The notes under the pieces: generated by a model
The model's input: only the letters and a program-made list of their open reading frames with translations
Database searches by the model: none
What the model was told of the DNA's origin: nothing
Translations under genes and position numbers: made by a program
Part shown: positions 9,197-18,811 of the stretch, in pieces
How positions within the stretch are numbered: position 1 is the stretch's first letter
How the letters are laid out: each line of letters opens with the position of its first letter
Assembly (NCBI GenBank): GCA_036002305.1
Contig: DASYTL010000039.1
Span: 185,604 to 249,603 of the forward strand
Source: Candidatus Limnocylindria bacterium
GTDB taxonomy: Bacteria > Chloroflexota > Limnocylindria > P2-11E
DNA length: 64,000 bases
Reading direction: 5' to 3'

Positions 9197-10167
9197 ACCC
9201 ACGCGAGCGCGTCACCCGCGCACTCGACGGTCACACGGTCGACCGCGTGCCGTTCGCGGTGTGGCGGCACTTCTACCCGGACGAGAGCGAGGGGGCCGCG
9301 AAGCTCGCCGAGACGACGATCTCGCTCGCAAAGCGTCATCAGCTCGATCTCGTGAAATACAACCCGAGGGCGCACTACCACGCCGAGCCCTGGGGCACGC
9401 GCTATCGCTACGGGCGTGACGGCCGCCCGGTGCTCGAGCGGTACGCGGTCCGCAAACCCGAAGACTGGTCGCGCATCGGCCGGAGGTCGGTGCGCGAGCC
9501 GGCGTTCCAGGAGCTCCTCTACGGCATGCGCCTCGTGCGCGAGGTGCTTCCGGACACCCCGATCCTCGCCACGATCTTCACGCCGCTCAGCGTCCTCGAG
9601 CGTCTCGCCGGGCGAGAGCGGGTGCTCGTGGATCTGCGCACACGCACCGACGTCGTCGCGGCCGCGCTCGACGCGGTCGCCGATACGTTGGCCGAGCTCG
9701 CCGCCGACGCGTGCGAGGTCGCCGACGGGATCTTCCTCGCGACGACGACGTGGGCGCGCCGCGACGCCCTCACGGACGGCGAGTACAGCCGCTTCGGGAC
9801 GCCGTACGACCTGCGCGTGCTCGCGGGCGCGCGGGGCGCTGCGCTCAACGTGCTGCACGTGTGCGGCCCCGACGCGCGCGTCGTCGAGCTGGCGCGATAT
9901 CCCGTAGCGGCCGTCTCGTGGAACCCACGGCTGCCGGGCAATCCCGACCTCGCGGCGTTCCTCGCCGCCGTGCCCGGCCGCGGCGCCATCGGCGGGCTCT
10001 CCGACGAGGCCTTCACGTCGACGACGACCGCGGCGGCGAAGCACGAAGCCCGGCAGGGTCTCGCGCAGACCGGATCTGGACGGTGGCTCGCGGCGGGCGG
10101 CTGCACGATCCCGGTCGAGTCGCGCCCGGAGAACATCGACGCCGCACGTGACGCCCTTCGTGGATAA
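9193..10167 (+). CDS. Uroporphyrinogen decarboxylase (URO-D) family protein, non-HemE paralogue
   Basis: In-frame GTG at 9193 overlaps the upstream stop (GTGA). The N-terminus (NPRERVTRALDGHTVDRVPFAVW) matches the URO-D-like family start. ~324 aa. Confidence 0.65.
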   Translation: MNPRERVTRALDGHTVDRVPFAVWRHFYPDESEGAAKLAETTISLAKRHQLDLVKYNPRAHYHAEPWGTRYRYGRDGRPVLERYAVRKPEDWSRIGRRSVREPAFQELLYGMRLVREVLPDTPILATIFTPLSVLERLAGRERVLVDLRTRTDVVAAALDAVADTLAELAADACEVADGIFLATTTWARRDALTDGEYSRFGTPYDLRVLAGARGAALNVLHVCGPDARVVELARYPVAAVSWNPRLPGNPDLAAFLAAVPGRGAIGGLSDEAFTSTTTAAAKHEARQGLAQTGSGRWLAAGGCTIPVESRPENIDAARDALRG

Positions 10168-11086
10168 GGCGCTCTGGGTCGTACGCGACAAGATCGAAGC
10201 GAAGGGCGCGATCGACGACCTCATGGCGGACGCCACGACCCGCGGCATCCACGACGTCGTCGTCCAGGTCCGCGGCCGCGGGGACGCGTATTACGCCTCG
10301 AGCCTCGAGCCGCGCGCCGAGACGCTCACCGAAAACGGCTTCGACCCGCTCGCACATCTGGTGCGCGCCGGCGCGGCCGTCGGGGTGCGGGTCCATGCGT
10401 GGGGCAACGTGTTCTTCGTCTGGTCCAGCGCCCAGGGCGCGCTGCCGCGTTCGCGCGAGCACCTCGTCCACCGGCATCCCGAGTGGCTCCTGCGGCCGGG
10501 CGGCGTGAAATACCTCGACCCGGTCGGCGGCGCCGACTGGGAGGGCATCTACACCGACCCGCGGAACGCCGTGGCGCGCGAGCACACCCTCGGCGTGTTC
10601 GCCGAGATCGTCCGGCGCTACCGGGTCGAAGGCTTCCACTACGACTACGTGCGCTATCCGCAGGTGACCTACGCGCAGTCTCCCAAGGACCACGCGGCCG
10701 TGACGGCGCTCGTGCGCGAGGGCGCGAAACGCCTGCGCGGTGAGCGGCCCGGGCTCGTCATCTCGGCCGCGGTCTTTCCCGACCCCGACGTCGCGCGCGA
10801 GCGCGTGCTGCAGTTGTGGCCAGACTGGGCACGTGAGGGGCTCGTCGATCTGCTGTGCCCGATGGCGTACCGCCGCGCCACCGCGGAGGTGACGCGGCTC
10901 CTCACCAAGGCACGCGCGGCCGCGCCCCAGACCCGCATGTGGGGCGGGCTCATGGGGTACGCCGGTGAGCGGGCTCTCATCCGCGATCAGGTGCGCGCCG
11001 CGCGTGACGCCGGCTGCGAGGGGGCGATCCTGTTCGCCTACGACCCCACGCAGCGCGATCTCCTCGACGCCTTTTCCGCGTCCTGA
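10148..11086 (+). CDS. Glycoside-hydrolase-like family 10 (GHL10 / DUF187-type TIM barrel) protein
   Basis: 312 aa. The pattern (DVVVQVRGRGDAYY...HAWGNVF...FHYDYVRYP...LCPMAY) resembles GHL10/YngK-like putative glycosidases. Last gene of the coupled operon. Confidence 0.6.
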   Translation: MTPFVDKALWVVRDKIEAKGAIDDLMADATTRGIHDVVVQVRGRGDAYYASSLEPRAETLTENGFDPLAHLVRAGAAVGVRVHAWGNVFFVWSSAQGALPRSREHLVHRHPEWLLRPGGVKYLDPVGGADWEGIYTDPRNAVAREHTLGVFAEIVRRYRVEGFHYDYVRYPQVTYAQSPKDHAAVTALVREGAKRLRGERPGLVISAAVFPDPDVARERVLQLWPDWAREGLVDLLCPMAYRRATAEVTRLLTKARAAAPQTRMWGGLMGYAGERALIRDQVRAARDAGCEGAILFAYDPTQRDLLDAFSAS

Positions 11087-11191
11087 CCGCGCGGGACGCC
11101 AGCCGCCCGCTCGCAGGCACTCCGACGGTCGGGATGCCGTCGCGCCGACCGCGGAGGGCCCCTTCAGCTCACGAGTCGAGAACGATCTGGA

Positions 11192-11650
11192 CTAGGGACA
11201 GTTCAGCTTGAAGAACTCGTTCACCGTGCCTTGCGGCGTCACGTTGAAGTGCGCGACCACGCCTTGATGGAAGTTGGATCCGTCCGACCCATGTCCTGAC
11301 ACGTTGAAGGTGAAGGTGCCATTCGCGCTCTGGTCGTTGAGGTTGGCGCCGAACCAGATGGCGAAGTGTCCGGTGAAGGTCGGTCCGGTGCCGGAGACCG
11401 GCGTCGCCGTGAAGCTGCCGGCCTGGGTGCCCGTGACGTGCATGGTGTCGTCCTTTGTGGTGATGTGGAAGACGGCGTTGTACGTGATGGTGATGCTGTG
11501 GGGCGCGCCGCCACACGGGAGCGTGTCGATGAAGCTCTCGGTCACCCCTTGCACCGTTTCGGTAAACGTGGTCGCCGGCGCGGCGGACACCGGAATCGCG
11601 ATCAGCAGCATCATCGCCACGGTGGCGGCCATGACGAATGAACGTCTCAT
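11192..11650 (-). CDS. Secreted hypothetical protein
   Basis: The internal ATG (MRRSFVMAATVAMMLLIAIPVSAAP) gives a typical signal peptide. Thr/Gly/Phe-rich beta-type composition. No recognisable family. Confidence 0.5.
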   Translation of the reverse strand: MRRSFVMAATVAMMLLIAIPVSAAPATTFTETVQGVTESFIDTLPCGGAPHSITITYNAVFHITTKDDTMHVTGTQAGSFTATPVSGTGPTFTGHFAIWFGANLNDQSANGTFTFNVSGHGSDGSNFHQGVVAHFNVTPQGTVNEFFKLNCP

Positions 11651-11810
11651 GAGATCCTCCCCCGTCGTTTCGCGAGCGGGCGGAACGCTAGCACGGTCCA
11701 CAAGGCCCGTCGATGGAGAATCGCGAGAGCGGTCAGGGATCTTCGGTTCGTGACCGCAGGTTTTCGGGCGTTTCGCGGCGGATGAGGTCGCGTCTTAGGA
11801 TGTGCGCTCC

Positions 11811-12233
11811 ATGCCTGAGCAGCCGACACCAACCCCGGTAGCACCGCCCGCCGAAGAGGCCCAGCGCCCCGATCCGCTGGCCTCCGCGGTCGCCGAGGCG
11901 GTCGGCAAGCTCCGGCGCTCGGCGGGCCTTTCGGAGCGCGCCGCGGCGCGCAGGCTGGGCACGTCTCAGACGCAGCTCCGCCGCATGGAGGACCCGCGCT
12001 ACCTTCCCTCGCTCCGCTCGCTGGCGCGCGTGGCGGCCGCGTACGGCTATCGCCTCTCGGTCGAGTTCCTTCCCCAGGACGCGCCCAAGCCGAAGCCGCC
12101 GGCCCGGACGCCCAAGCGCGCGGCGGTCAGCAGGTCCGCGTCACCTTCGCGAGGCCGGCGGGCCGCTCCGGGTCGCGTCCGTGGCGGCGCGCGAGGGCGA
12201 CGGCGAGCTGCTGTCCCGCGACGACGAAGCTGA
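11811..12233 (+). CDS. XRE-family helix-turn-helix transcriptional regulator
   Basis: HTH_XRE-like segment (LRRSAGLSERAAARRLGTSQTQLRRMED). AGGA sits 10 nt before ATG 11811. The C-terminal tail is low complexity and overlaps the convergent SIS gene. Confidence 0.55.
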   Translation: MPEQPTPTPVAPPAEEAQRPDPLASAVAEAVGKLRRSAGLSERAAARRLGTSQTQLRRMEDPRYLPSLRSLARVAAAYGYRLSVEFLPQDAPKPKPPARTPKRAAVSRSASPSRGRRAAPGRVRGGARGRRRAAVPRRRS

Positions 12234-13158
12234 TCGGGACGAGCGTCTCCGAGAGCGGAGCCCGGAGCAGCACCGCGCCGCGGACCCGACTCGCGAGGCG
12301 TTCGTCGTTCGTGATCGCGTAGACGCGCGCCCCCTTTTTCGCGAGCGAGGTGGCGAGCGAACGCGTCTCCGACTCGGTGGTGCCGCGTGAGCTGAGGAGT
12401 AGCACGGGGGTGCGCGGCCGGAGCAGCGTCCGAGGCCCGTGGGCGAAGTCGGCGCTCGAGTAGGGCTCGGCCCAGACGCGCGCGAGCTCCTTCACCTTGA
12501 GCGCCGTCTCAAGCGCCGCGGGATAGAGGTATCCGCGGCCCAGCACGATGACCGTCGGCGCGCGTCCGATCGCCGCGGCGAGCCTTGCGGTGTCTCGCTC
12601 TGCGGCGACCGCCTCCTCGACGGCTTCCGCCAGGCCCGCGAGCGAGAGCGCGCTCCGCCCGCGCGCCTCGGCGGCCGTTGCGGCGAGAAGCGCGAGCCCG
12701 ACACAGGTGGCGGTGAAGGTCTTCGTCGCGGCGACCTCGCGCTCGCGGCCCGCGCGCAGGGCGAAGACGTGCTCGGCGCTTCGGCCGAGCCGCGACCGCG
12801 GCTGGTTGGTGAACGCGATCGTCACGGCACCCTGACGGCGGCCCTCGGCGACGACCGCCGCGACGTCCGGCGACGCGCCCGACTGCGAGATGCCGATCAC
12901 CGCCCCGTGCGCGAACGAGGGCGGCGCCTGATAGCGCGTTACGAGCGACGGCGCCGCGAGCGCCGTGACGACACCGGCGATGCTCTCGAGGAGGTATTTG
13001 CCGTAGGTCGCCGCGTTGTCCGACGAACCACGCGCGACGAGCGTCACGTGCTCGACCCGCGTCAGTGCGCGCCCCAGCGCGCGCGCCTCGGGCCAGCCCT
13101 CGTCCAGGAGCCTGCGCACGACGCGCGTCTGTTCGGCGATCTCCGCGCGCAGTGACAT
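12127..13158 (-). CDS. SIS-domain sugar-phosphate isomerase/deaminase (AgaS / NagB-II / GlmS isomerase-domain-like)
   Basis: 343 aa with two SIS repeats (VARGSSDNAATYGKY; IGISQSGASPD; VIVLGRG). Confidence 0.8.
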   Translation of the reverse strand: MSLRAEIAEQTRVVRRLLDEGWPEARALGRALTRVEHVTLVARGSSDNAATYGKYLLESIAGVVTALAAPSLVTRYQAPPSFAHGAVIGISQSGASPDVAAVVAEGRRQGAVTIAFTNQPRSRLGRSAEHVFALRAGREREVAATKTFTATCVGLALLAATAAEARGRSALSLAGLAEAVEEAVAAERDTARLAAAIGRAPTVIVLGRGYLYPAALETALKVKELARVWAEPYSSADFAHGPRTLLRPRTPVLLLSSRGTTESETRSLATSLAKKGARVYAITNDERLASRVRGAVLLRAPLSETLVPISFVVAGQQLAVALARRHGRDPERPAGLAKVTRTC

Positions 13159-13249
13159 CGGGGCGATGATGCCCGAGCGGTACTAGTGGGTCAGGGAACA
13201 CGGTCCTATGGACGTGTAACCCCAGCCCGGCGAGCCTGCTGCTGCGCTT

Positions 13250-13996
13250 GTGAGGATGTTGGGGAGCGTGCCACCGGTCCGGCGGCGCTGGCGCCGCTCG
13301 CTCCGCGCTGGCCTCTTCTGGACGGCGCTCGGCCTCGGCGCCGCGACGATCTCGTACGCGCTCAACCTCGACGTAGCGGCGCGCTCGCTCGGCTTCGACC
13401 GGACGCCCGCCACGCTGTTCCTCGCGCTCATCCCCATCCCCGCCCTCGCGCTCGGCGTGCACGGCATGGCGCTCGCCCTGCGCCTGCGCGCCGTGTCCGA
13501 GCTCGTCGACCGCACGGCCGCCTACCTCAGCGAGCATCTGCCCGACGGGTACGTCGTGGTCCCTCACTACGGCCCGCGGGACGGGCGCGACGACGAGGTG
13601 CCGATGGTCGTCATCGGCCCGCCGGGCGTGATCGTGATCGAGCCGCGCGACGAGCCCGGCGAGATCCTCTGCTATCAGGACCACTGGTACATGAGACGGA
13701 AGTTCGGGGTCGGCCGACGGATCCCCGGCAGCTCACCGTCGCAGCGCGCGCGGTGGAACGCGGCGCGCGTCCGGAGCGACATCGCGACCGGCGGTCTGAT
13801 CCGCACGCAGGTCGATGCGCTCGTCGTGTTCACGAGCGCGCGGCTCGCCGACGTCACGAGCTCGTCCGCGCCCGTGGTCCAGGGAATGGACGGGGTCGTC
13901 GACCGGCTCGTGCACGGACGCCTCGACGCCCCCGCGGCGCGCACGCGCGCGATCGCCGACGCCCTCGTCGAGCCCATTCGACTCGCGGCGATCTAG
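13250..13996 (+). CDS. NERD (nuclease-related domain) protein with N-terminal membrane anchor
   Basis: Two predicted N-terminal TM helices are followed by NERD-like motifs (VVPHYGPRDG...VIGPPGVIVIEPRDEPGEI). The start is GTG 13250 or ATG 13256. Confidence 0.65.
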   Translation: MRMLGSVPPVRRRWRRSLRAGLFWTALGLGAATISYALNLDVAARSLGFDRTPATLFLALIPIPALALGVHGMALALRLRAVSELVDRTAAYLSEHLPDGYVVVPHYGPRDGRDDEVPMVVIGPPGVIVIEPRDEPGEILCYQDHWYMRRKFGVGRRIPGSSPSQRARWNAARVRSDIATGGLIRTQVDALVVFTSARLADVTSSSAPVVQGMDGVVDRLVHGRLDAPAARTRAIADALVEPIRLAAI

Positions 13997-14796
13997 CGCA
14001 GCGCCGCGAAGAGGTCAGTCTCGAGGGGCGGACCGCCGCGATCGGGGTACTCCCGGGTGAAGACCTCCTCGCCGAAGAGCCACGGGACCTTGTCGCGCGC
14101 GCGGAACCACTCGCGGTAGTCCGGCTCCTGCGTCTCGTGGGCCTTCATCGCCTCGATCTTGCGATCGGCGATGTCGGCGATGTCGATCGCCGCACCGAGC
14201 CGGTCGCGCGTCCACCGCTGCGGCTTGACGGCGAGCGTGTCCACGTACGCCGCGAACTGCGTGTTGATCTGGCGGAGCCCGTCGACGAACTCCGCCGACG
14301 CGACGAAGCGGTAGCACCGGCTCACGCGATGCGGTGAGCCCAGGCCAAGCTCGTGCCGCTCGATGCCCGCGAGCTCGAGCGCGACCAGCGCGCGTTCGCC
14401 GGCAGCGATGTGGTCGGGATGACCGTAGCCCCCGTCGGGACCCCACGTGATCACGACGGTCGGCCGCACCTGACGGACCCAGCGGACGATGTCGCGCACC
14501 ACGCGATCTTCGGCGACACCCGCGAGGTCTCCATCGGGGTATGTGAGGCACGTGGTGGACACGACACCCATGCGCCTTCCGGCCTCGGCCAGCTCGGCCG
14601 CGCGTTTCGCGCCGAGCTGCTCCTGGGGGACGACCGGGTGCTCGGGATCGCCGTTCCAGCCCTTTTCGCCCTGGGTGAGGCAAAGGCTGTGGACGCGGAC
14701 ACCCTCGTCCGCATATTTGATGAGTGTCCCGCCGACTCCGAACGTCTCGTCGTCGGGATGCGCGAGGATCGTGCCCAGAACGAACGGATCTTTCAC
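13993..14796 (-). CDS. PIG-L / LmbE-family N-acetylglucosaminyl deacetylase
   Basis: HPDDE motif near the N-terminus and a GHPDH zinc-binding motif. 267 aa. GTG start. Confidence 0.85.
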   Translation of the reverse strand: MKDPFVLGTILAHPDDETFGVGGTLIKYADEGVRVHSLCLTQGEKGWNGDPEHPVVPQEQLGAKRAAELAEAGRRMGVVSTTCLTYPDGDLAGVAEDRVVRDIVRWVRQVRPTVVITWGPDGGYGHPDHIAAGERALVALELAGIERHELGLGSPHRVSRCYRFVASAEFVDGLRQINTQFAAYVDTLAVKPQRWTRDRLGAAIDIADIADRKIEAMKAHETQEPDYREWFRARDKVPWLFGEEVFTREYPDRGGPPLETDLFAALR

Positions 14797-14831
14797 AGGT
14801 GCGGGACGGTATCACGCTTAGCATTTCGGCC

Positions 14832-15509
14832 ATGACCGCCCGCATCGTGGTCGTCGAAGACGACCCGTCGGTGGCCGAGCTGGTCACGCTCTACCTCCGC
14901 AATGCGGACTTCATCGTGGCCCACGCGCGCACTGCGGCGGAAGCGCGAACGAAGCTCAGCGAAGAGAAGCCCGCGCTGGTCGTCCTCGATCTCGGCCTGC
15001 CCGACGCGAACGGCCTCGAGCTGCTGCGGGAGATCCGCGCCCACGCCGACACGCCGGTGCTGGCATTGACCGCGCGCGCGGAGGACGTCCAGAAGGTCGA
15101 GGCGCTCGAGTCGGGCATGGACGACTACATGACGAAGCCGTTCAATCCCAAAGAGCTCGTCGCGCGGGTCCGCGCGGTGCTGCGCCGGACGGCGGGGATG
15201 CCCGGCGGCGGTCGGGCACTCGTGGTGGGAAACCTGCGCATCGATCCCGCGCGTCACGAAGTCCACGTCGGCGAACGCGCGGTGAGCCTGCGGGCGAAGG
15301 AGTTCGAGCTGCTCGAGGCCTTCTGCCGGCAGCCGGGGATCGTGCTCACCCGCGACCGGCTCCTCGAGGATGTCTGGGGCTTCGCCTATCCGGGCGAGAC
15401 GCGCACCGTGGACGTGCACGTGAAGCAGCTCCGCGACAAGCTCACCGGCGCCGACGCGAGGATCGAGACCATCTGGGGCGTCGGGTACAAGCTCGTGGCT
15501 CCGAGCTAG
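14832..15509 (+). CDS. Two-component response regulator, OmpR family
   Basis: Receiver domain (VVEDDPSV...LVVLDLGLPDANG...MDDYMTKPF) plus winged-helix domain (WGVGYKL). Start re-called to the internal ATG 14832. Confidence 0.9.
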   Translation: MTARIVVVEDDPSVAELVTLYLRNADFIVAHARTAAEARTKLSEEKPALVVLDLGLPDANGLELLREIRAHADTPVLALTARAEDVQKVEALESGMDDYMTKPFNPKELVARVRAVLRRTAGMPGGGRALVVGNLRIDPARHEVHVGERAVSLRAKEFELLEAFCRQPGIVLTRDRLLEDVWGFAYPGETRTVDVHVKQLRDKLTGADARIETIWGVGYKLVAPS

Positions 15510-15511
15510 CC

Positions 15512-16888
15512 ATGCCGCGAAGCATCGCGACCCGGCTCTTTCTTTCGTACCTGGCCGTCGTCGTCGTCGGCCTCGCGGCGGCCGCGGTGGCGATCTCGGG
15601 CCTCCTGCTCCGCTACGAGGACACGCAAACGCGGCTCCGGCTCGAGGAGCTCTCTGCACCCTTCCTCACGGCCATCCAGACAGGAGTGCGCGCAGGTCAA
15701 CAGCCGCGCGAGATCGTCGACGCGCTCACCGAGCAGGCGCACGCGGCGGATGCGAGGCTGCTGATCACGACGCCACAGCGGCGCGTGGTCGTCGATAGCG
15801 AGGGCAGGCTCCTCAACGTCCAGCTGCCGCAGCCACAGACCACGAACACGATCGGGGAGTTCACCGAAGGCTCCGAACGGTGGATCTTCGTGCGCCAGCA
15901 GCTCCGTCAGGCGGTGGTCGGTGCGGGCGGTCTCGGGTTCATCGTCGTCGCGCGTCCGCGCGCGGTCTTCGCCGATACGCTTCGCGCGCTTCTGCCGACG
16001 CTCGCGATCAGCGGGCTCGCGGCGCTCGGGTTCGCGCTCATCGTGGCGGGGCTCCTTTCGCGCACGATCACGCGGCCGCTCCGCGATCTCGTCGGCGGCG
16101 TCCGGCGCTTCGCGGGCGGCGACTACGGCACGCGCGTGCCCGTGGCCGGGCCGAGCGAGGTCGCGGAGATGGGGACAGCCTTCAACGAGATGGCGACCGA
16201 GATCCAGCGCGCGCGCGGGAGCGAGCACGCCTTCCTCGCGGACATCTCTCACGAGCTGCGGACGCCGCTGACATCGATCCAGGGCTTCGCGCAGGCGATC
16301 GTCGACGGCGAGGCCCGCGCCGAGGCGGTCCCGCATGTCGCCGAGATCATCCATCGCGAAGCTCGCCGTCTCGCGCGGATGGTCGAGGGGCTCCTGCAGG
16401 TCGCCCGGCTCGAGTCCGGTGCGCAGGCCGTGGGCCGCGAAGAGGTCCCGACCGCGCGGCTGCTGGACGGCGCCGTGGCCGCGCTGGACGTGCAGGCGAG
16501 GAACGCCGGCGTCGGCTTCGCCCTCGAGGGGACCGAGGGCCTGCCGGCGGTACGCGGCGATCCGGACAAGCTCGCGCAGCTCTTCCTGAACGTGCTGGAC
16601 AACGCGGTGAAGCATTCGCCGCGTGGCGCGACGGTGCACGTGCGCGGGGAACGCGAGGACGGCGCGGTGATCGTGCGCGTGCGCGACGCGGGCTCGGGGC
16701 TCCCCGAAGGCGCCGAGGTCCGCCTGTTCCAGCGCTTTTATCGCGGCGAGAACGCGCAGAGCAACGGCACGGGCCTGGGGCTGGCCATCGCTCAGGCGAT
16801 CGCGCAGGCGCACGGCGGGAACATCACCGCGCGCAACGTCGACGGCGGCGGCGCGGAGTTCGCGGTGCGTCTTCCGATCACGCGGTAA
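15512..16888 (+). CDS. Two-component sensor histidine kinase
   Basis: Two TM segments, a HAMP region, the H-box (SHELRTPLTSIQGF) and N/G1/G2 boxes (NVLDNAVKHSP, DAGSGLPEG, GTGLGLAIA). Starts 3 nt after the regulator stop. Confidence 0.9.
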   Translation: MPRSIATRLFLSYLAVVVVGLAAAAVAISGLLLRYEDTQTRLRLEELSAPFLTAIQTGVRAGQQPREIVDALTEQAHAADARLLITTPQRRVVVDSEGRLLNVQLPQPQTTNTIGEFTEGSERWIFVRQQLRQAVVGAGGLGFIVVARPRAVFADTLRALLPTLAISGLAALGFALIVAGLLSRTITRPLRDLVGGVRRFAGGDYGTRVPVAGPSEVAEMGTAFNEMATEIQRARGSEHAFLADISHELRTPLTSIQGFAQAIVDGEARAEAVPHVAEIIHREARRLARMVEGLLQVARLESGAQAVGREEVPTARLLDGAVAALDVQARNAGVGFALEGTEGLPAVRGDPDKLAQLFLNVLDNAVKHSPRGATVHVRGEREDGAVIVRVRDAGSGLPEGAEVRLFQRFYRGENAQSNGTGLGLAIAQAIAQAHGGNITARNVDGGGAEFAVRLPITR

Positions 16889-16942
16889 CCGAACGGGCGG
16901 CTGGCACCGCGCCTGCAGCCTGCTCCGCCGACTGGAGGCAGG

Positions 16943-17170
16943 GTGCCGTTCAAGAGTCGCGCGCAGCGCCGCAAGTTCGCGGAGCTCCTGGTCAACGGCA
17001 AGATCACCGACGAGGCCTACGAGAGATGGAATCGGGAGACCGGCCGAAAGGAGCTTCCCGAGCGCATCCATCCGAAACCGGTATCCAAGGGGAAAGCAAG
17101 ACCGGCATCTCGGAGCGGGCGCGTGAAGGCGTCCGCCAGAAAGGCCAGGTCCCGAAAGAGGGCGCGCTGA
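16943..17170 (+). CDS. Small basic protein, DUF3008-like
   Basis: 75 aa. The N-terminus (MPFKSRAQRRKFAELL) resembles the KSxAQxRxF start of DUF3008 small proteins. Lys/Arg-rich tail. Confidence 0.45.
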   Translation: MPFKSRAQRRKFAELLVNGKITDEAYERWNRETGRKELPERIHPKPVSKGKARPASRSGRVKASARKARSRKRAR

Positions 17171-17191
17171 ACCCACCGCATACTCGAAGCG

Positions 17192-17779
17192 ATGGCCCTT
17201 GGCGGAACGATTCGCGGGAAGAAGACGACGCTGCGCCTGCCGGTCGAGGCGGACCTCGAGACCTACAACCGCTGGATGGCCGATCTGCGCGTGCGCCGCG
17301 CGCATCCGGTGTGGCACGAGCCGGCCATGCCGGTCACATGGAAGGAGCGCATCAAACAGACCGCCGGTGACAAATGGGCGGTGCTCTGGTCGATCGAGAC
17401 GGAGAAGCGCCTCATCGGACTCGCGGCCGGTAGCTTCTGGTCGCTGACCGAGCCCGGATTCACGGTGCGGCAGTTCCTGATCGATCCCGACGAGTGGCGG
17501 AAGGGCTATGGCTCGGACGCCGCGATCGCCCTGCACCGCTATCTCTTCGATTATCTGGACCTGCGCCGTTCCGCCGTGGAGATCCACTCCGACAACGCCG
17601 CCGCGCTGCGCATCGCCGAGCGGATCGGGTACGCCGAATACGCGCGCGGCCACGACGTTCACTACCGGGATGGCGCGTACGTGGACGAGGTTCAGCTCGT
17701 CATGCCGAAAGAGACCTGGCACGAGCGATGGAACGCCGAGCGCGAATACGCGCCAGTCGCGCCGGATGCCACGCGCTGA
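17192..17779 (+). CDS. GNAT-family N-acetyltransferase (RimJ/RimL-like)
   Basis: 195 aa with acetyl-CoA-binding motif A region (RKGYGSDAAIALHRYLFD). Confidence 0.8.
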   Translation: MALGGTIRGKKTTLRLPVEADLETYNRWMADLRVRRAHPVWHEPAMPVTWKERIKQTAGDKWAVLWSIETEKRLIGLAAGSFWSLTEPGFTVRQFLIDPDEWRKGYGSDAAIALHRYLFDYLDLRRSAVEIHSDNAAALRIAERIGYAEYARGHDVHYRDGAYVDEVQLVMPKETWHERWNAEREYAPVAPDATR

Positions 17780-18321
17780 TGCTCGGGCCGAAGCTCGTCG
17801 GACGGAACGGCGTGTCCCTCGTCCCCCCGACGCTCGATCACTACAAGCTACACGGGGTTTGGATGCTCGCGCCGGAAGTCGGCCGGTTCTGGGGACCGCG
17901 CCATGGCGAGATAACCGACGAGAGGGCCGAGAAGCGCTTCAAGGACTCGGCGGACGCCACGAACGAGGTCAACTGGACGATCGCCTATCACGACGAGCCG
18001 GTGGGCTTCACCGGCATCTTCGGCATCGATTGGACGCGCCGCGATGGCGAGAGCGGAATCTTCATCGGCCGCCACGATCTCTACGGCCGCGGGATCGCCA
18101 GCGAAGCGATCCGGTTACGGACTGGTTTCGCGTGGAATGAACTCCGGATGCGCCGTGTGCACAACTGGATCGCGCACGCGAATCGCGGATCGCGCCGCGC
18201 GAACGAGAAGGTCGGCTACCGGCAGATGGGCCTCTTCAAGCGCTCATGGTTCCGTTCGGGCGAGTGGTACGACGAGTGGCTCGGCGAGGCGTTCCCACAC
18301 ACCTTCCCCGAGAAGGGCTGA
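17779..18321 (+). CDS. GNAT-family N-acetyltransferase
   Basis: Its ATG overlaps the upstream GNAT stop (TGATG). Motif A region GRGIASEAIRLRTGFAWNEL. ~181 aa. Confidence 0.8.
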   Translation: MLGPKLVGRNGVSLVPPTLDHYKLHGVWMLAPEVGRFWGPRHGEITDERAEKRFKDSADATNEVNWTIAYHDEPVGFTGIFGIDWTRRDGESGIFIGRHDLYGRGIASEAIRLRTGFAWNELRMRRVHNWIAHANRGSRRANEKVGYRQMGLFKRSWFRSGEWYDEWLGEAFPHTFPEKG

Positions 18322-18452
18322 ACTGTTAGGCTTGATGTGCCCCAAAGGGGCAGCGGCGACGAGAGTCACCACGCGGGTCGAGTGAGGCACTTCCTCCCGA
18401 ATCCCAAGCGAGGCTCAAGGCGGCGCAACAACAAAAGGGAGGAAGCTTCAAA

Positions 18453-18788
18453 GTGAGCTTCTCTGACAAGACCCTGACCTGCAAGGACTGCGGTCAGGAA
18501 TTCGTATGGACGGCCGGGGAGCAGGAGTTCTACGCCTCGCGCGGTCTCATGAACGAGCCGGGACGTTGTCCCTCCTGCCGTGCGGCGCGTCGCGCCTCCG
18601 GCGGCATGGGCGGCGGCCAGTACGGCGGCCGTGGCATGAGTGGCCCGCGTGAGTTCTTCACGGCCACCTGCAGCAACTGCGGCGGCGAGGCACGCGTGCC
18701 ATTCCAGCCGCGCGGCGACAAGCCGGTCTACTGCAGCTCCTGCTTCGAGCAGGTGCGTCCATCGGCCTCGCGTAGTCGTTACGCCTAG
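18453..18788 (+). CDS. Tandem CxxC...CxxC zinc-ribbon protein (FmdB-like)
   Basis: 111 aa with two Cys4 modules (CKDCG...CPSCR; CSNCGG...CSSCF). A strong GGGAGGAAG Shine-Dalgarno sits 7 nt before the GTG start. A Gly-rich linker joins the modules. A hairpin follows the stop. Confidence 0.65.
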   Translation: MSFSDKTLTCKDCGQEFVWTAGEQEFYASRGLMNEPGRCPSCRAARRASGGMGGGQYGGRGMSGPREFFTATCSNCGGEARVPFQPRGDKPVYCSSCFEQVRPSASRSRYA

Positions 18789-18811
18789 ATAGCGTTTCGA
18801 GCGCGACGAGA

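Noticed and set aside
18321-18452. Possible structured RNA between the second GNAT gene and the zinc-ribbon gene (TGCCCCaaaGGGGCA hairpin at ~18340)
   Set aside because: It is a short 6-bp stem without a T tract and has no other conserved features. It is more likely a weak terminator or incidental, and was not called.
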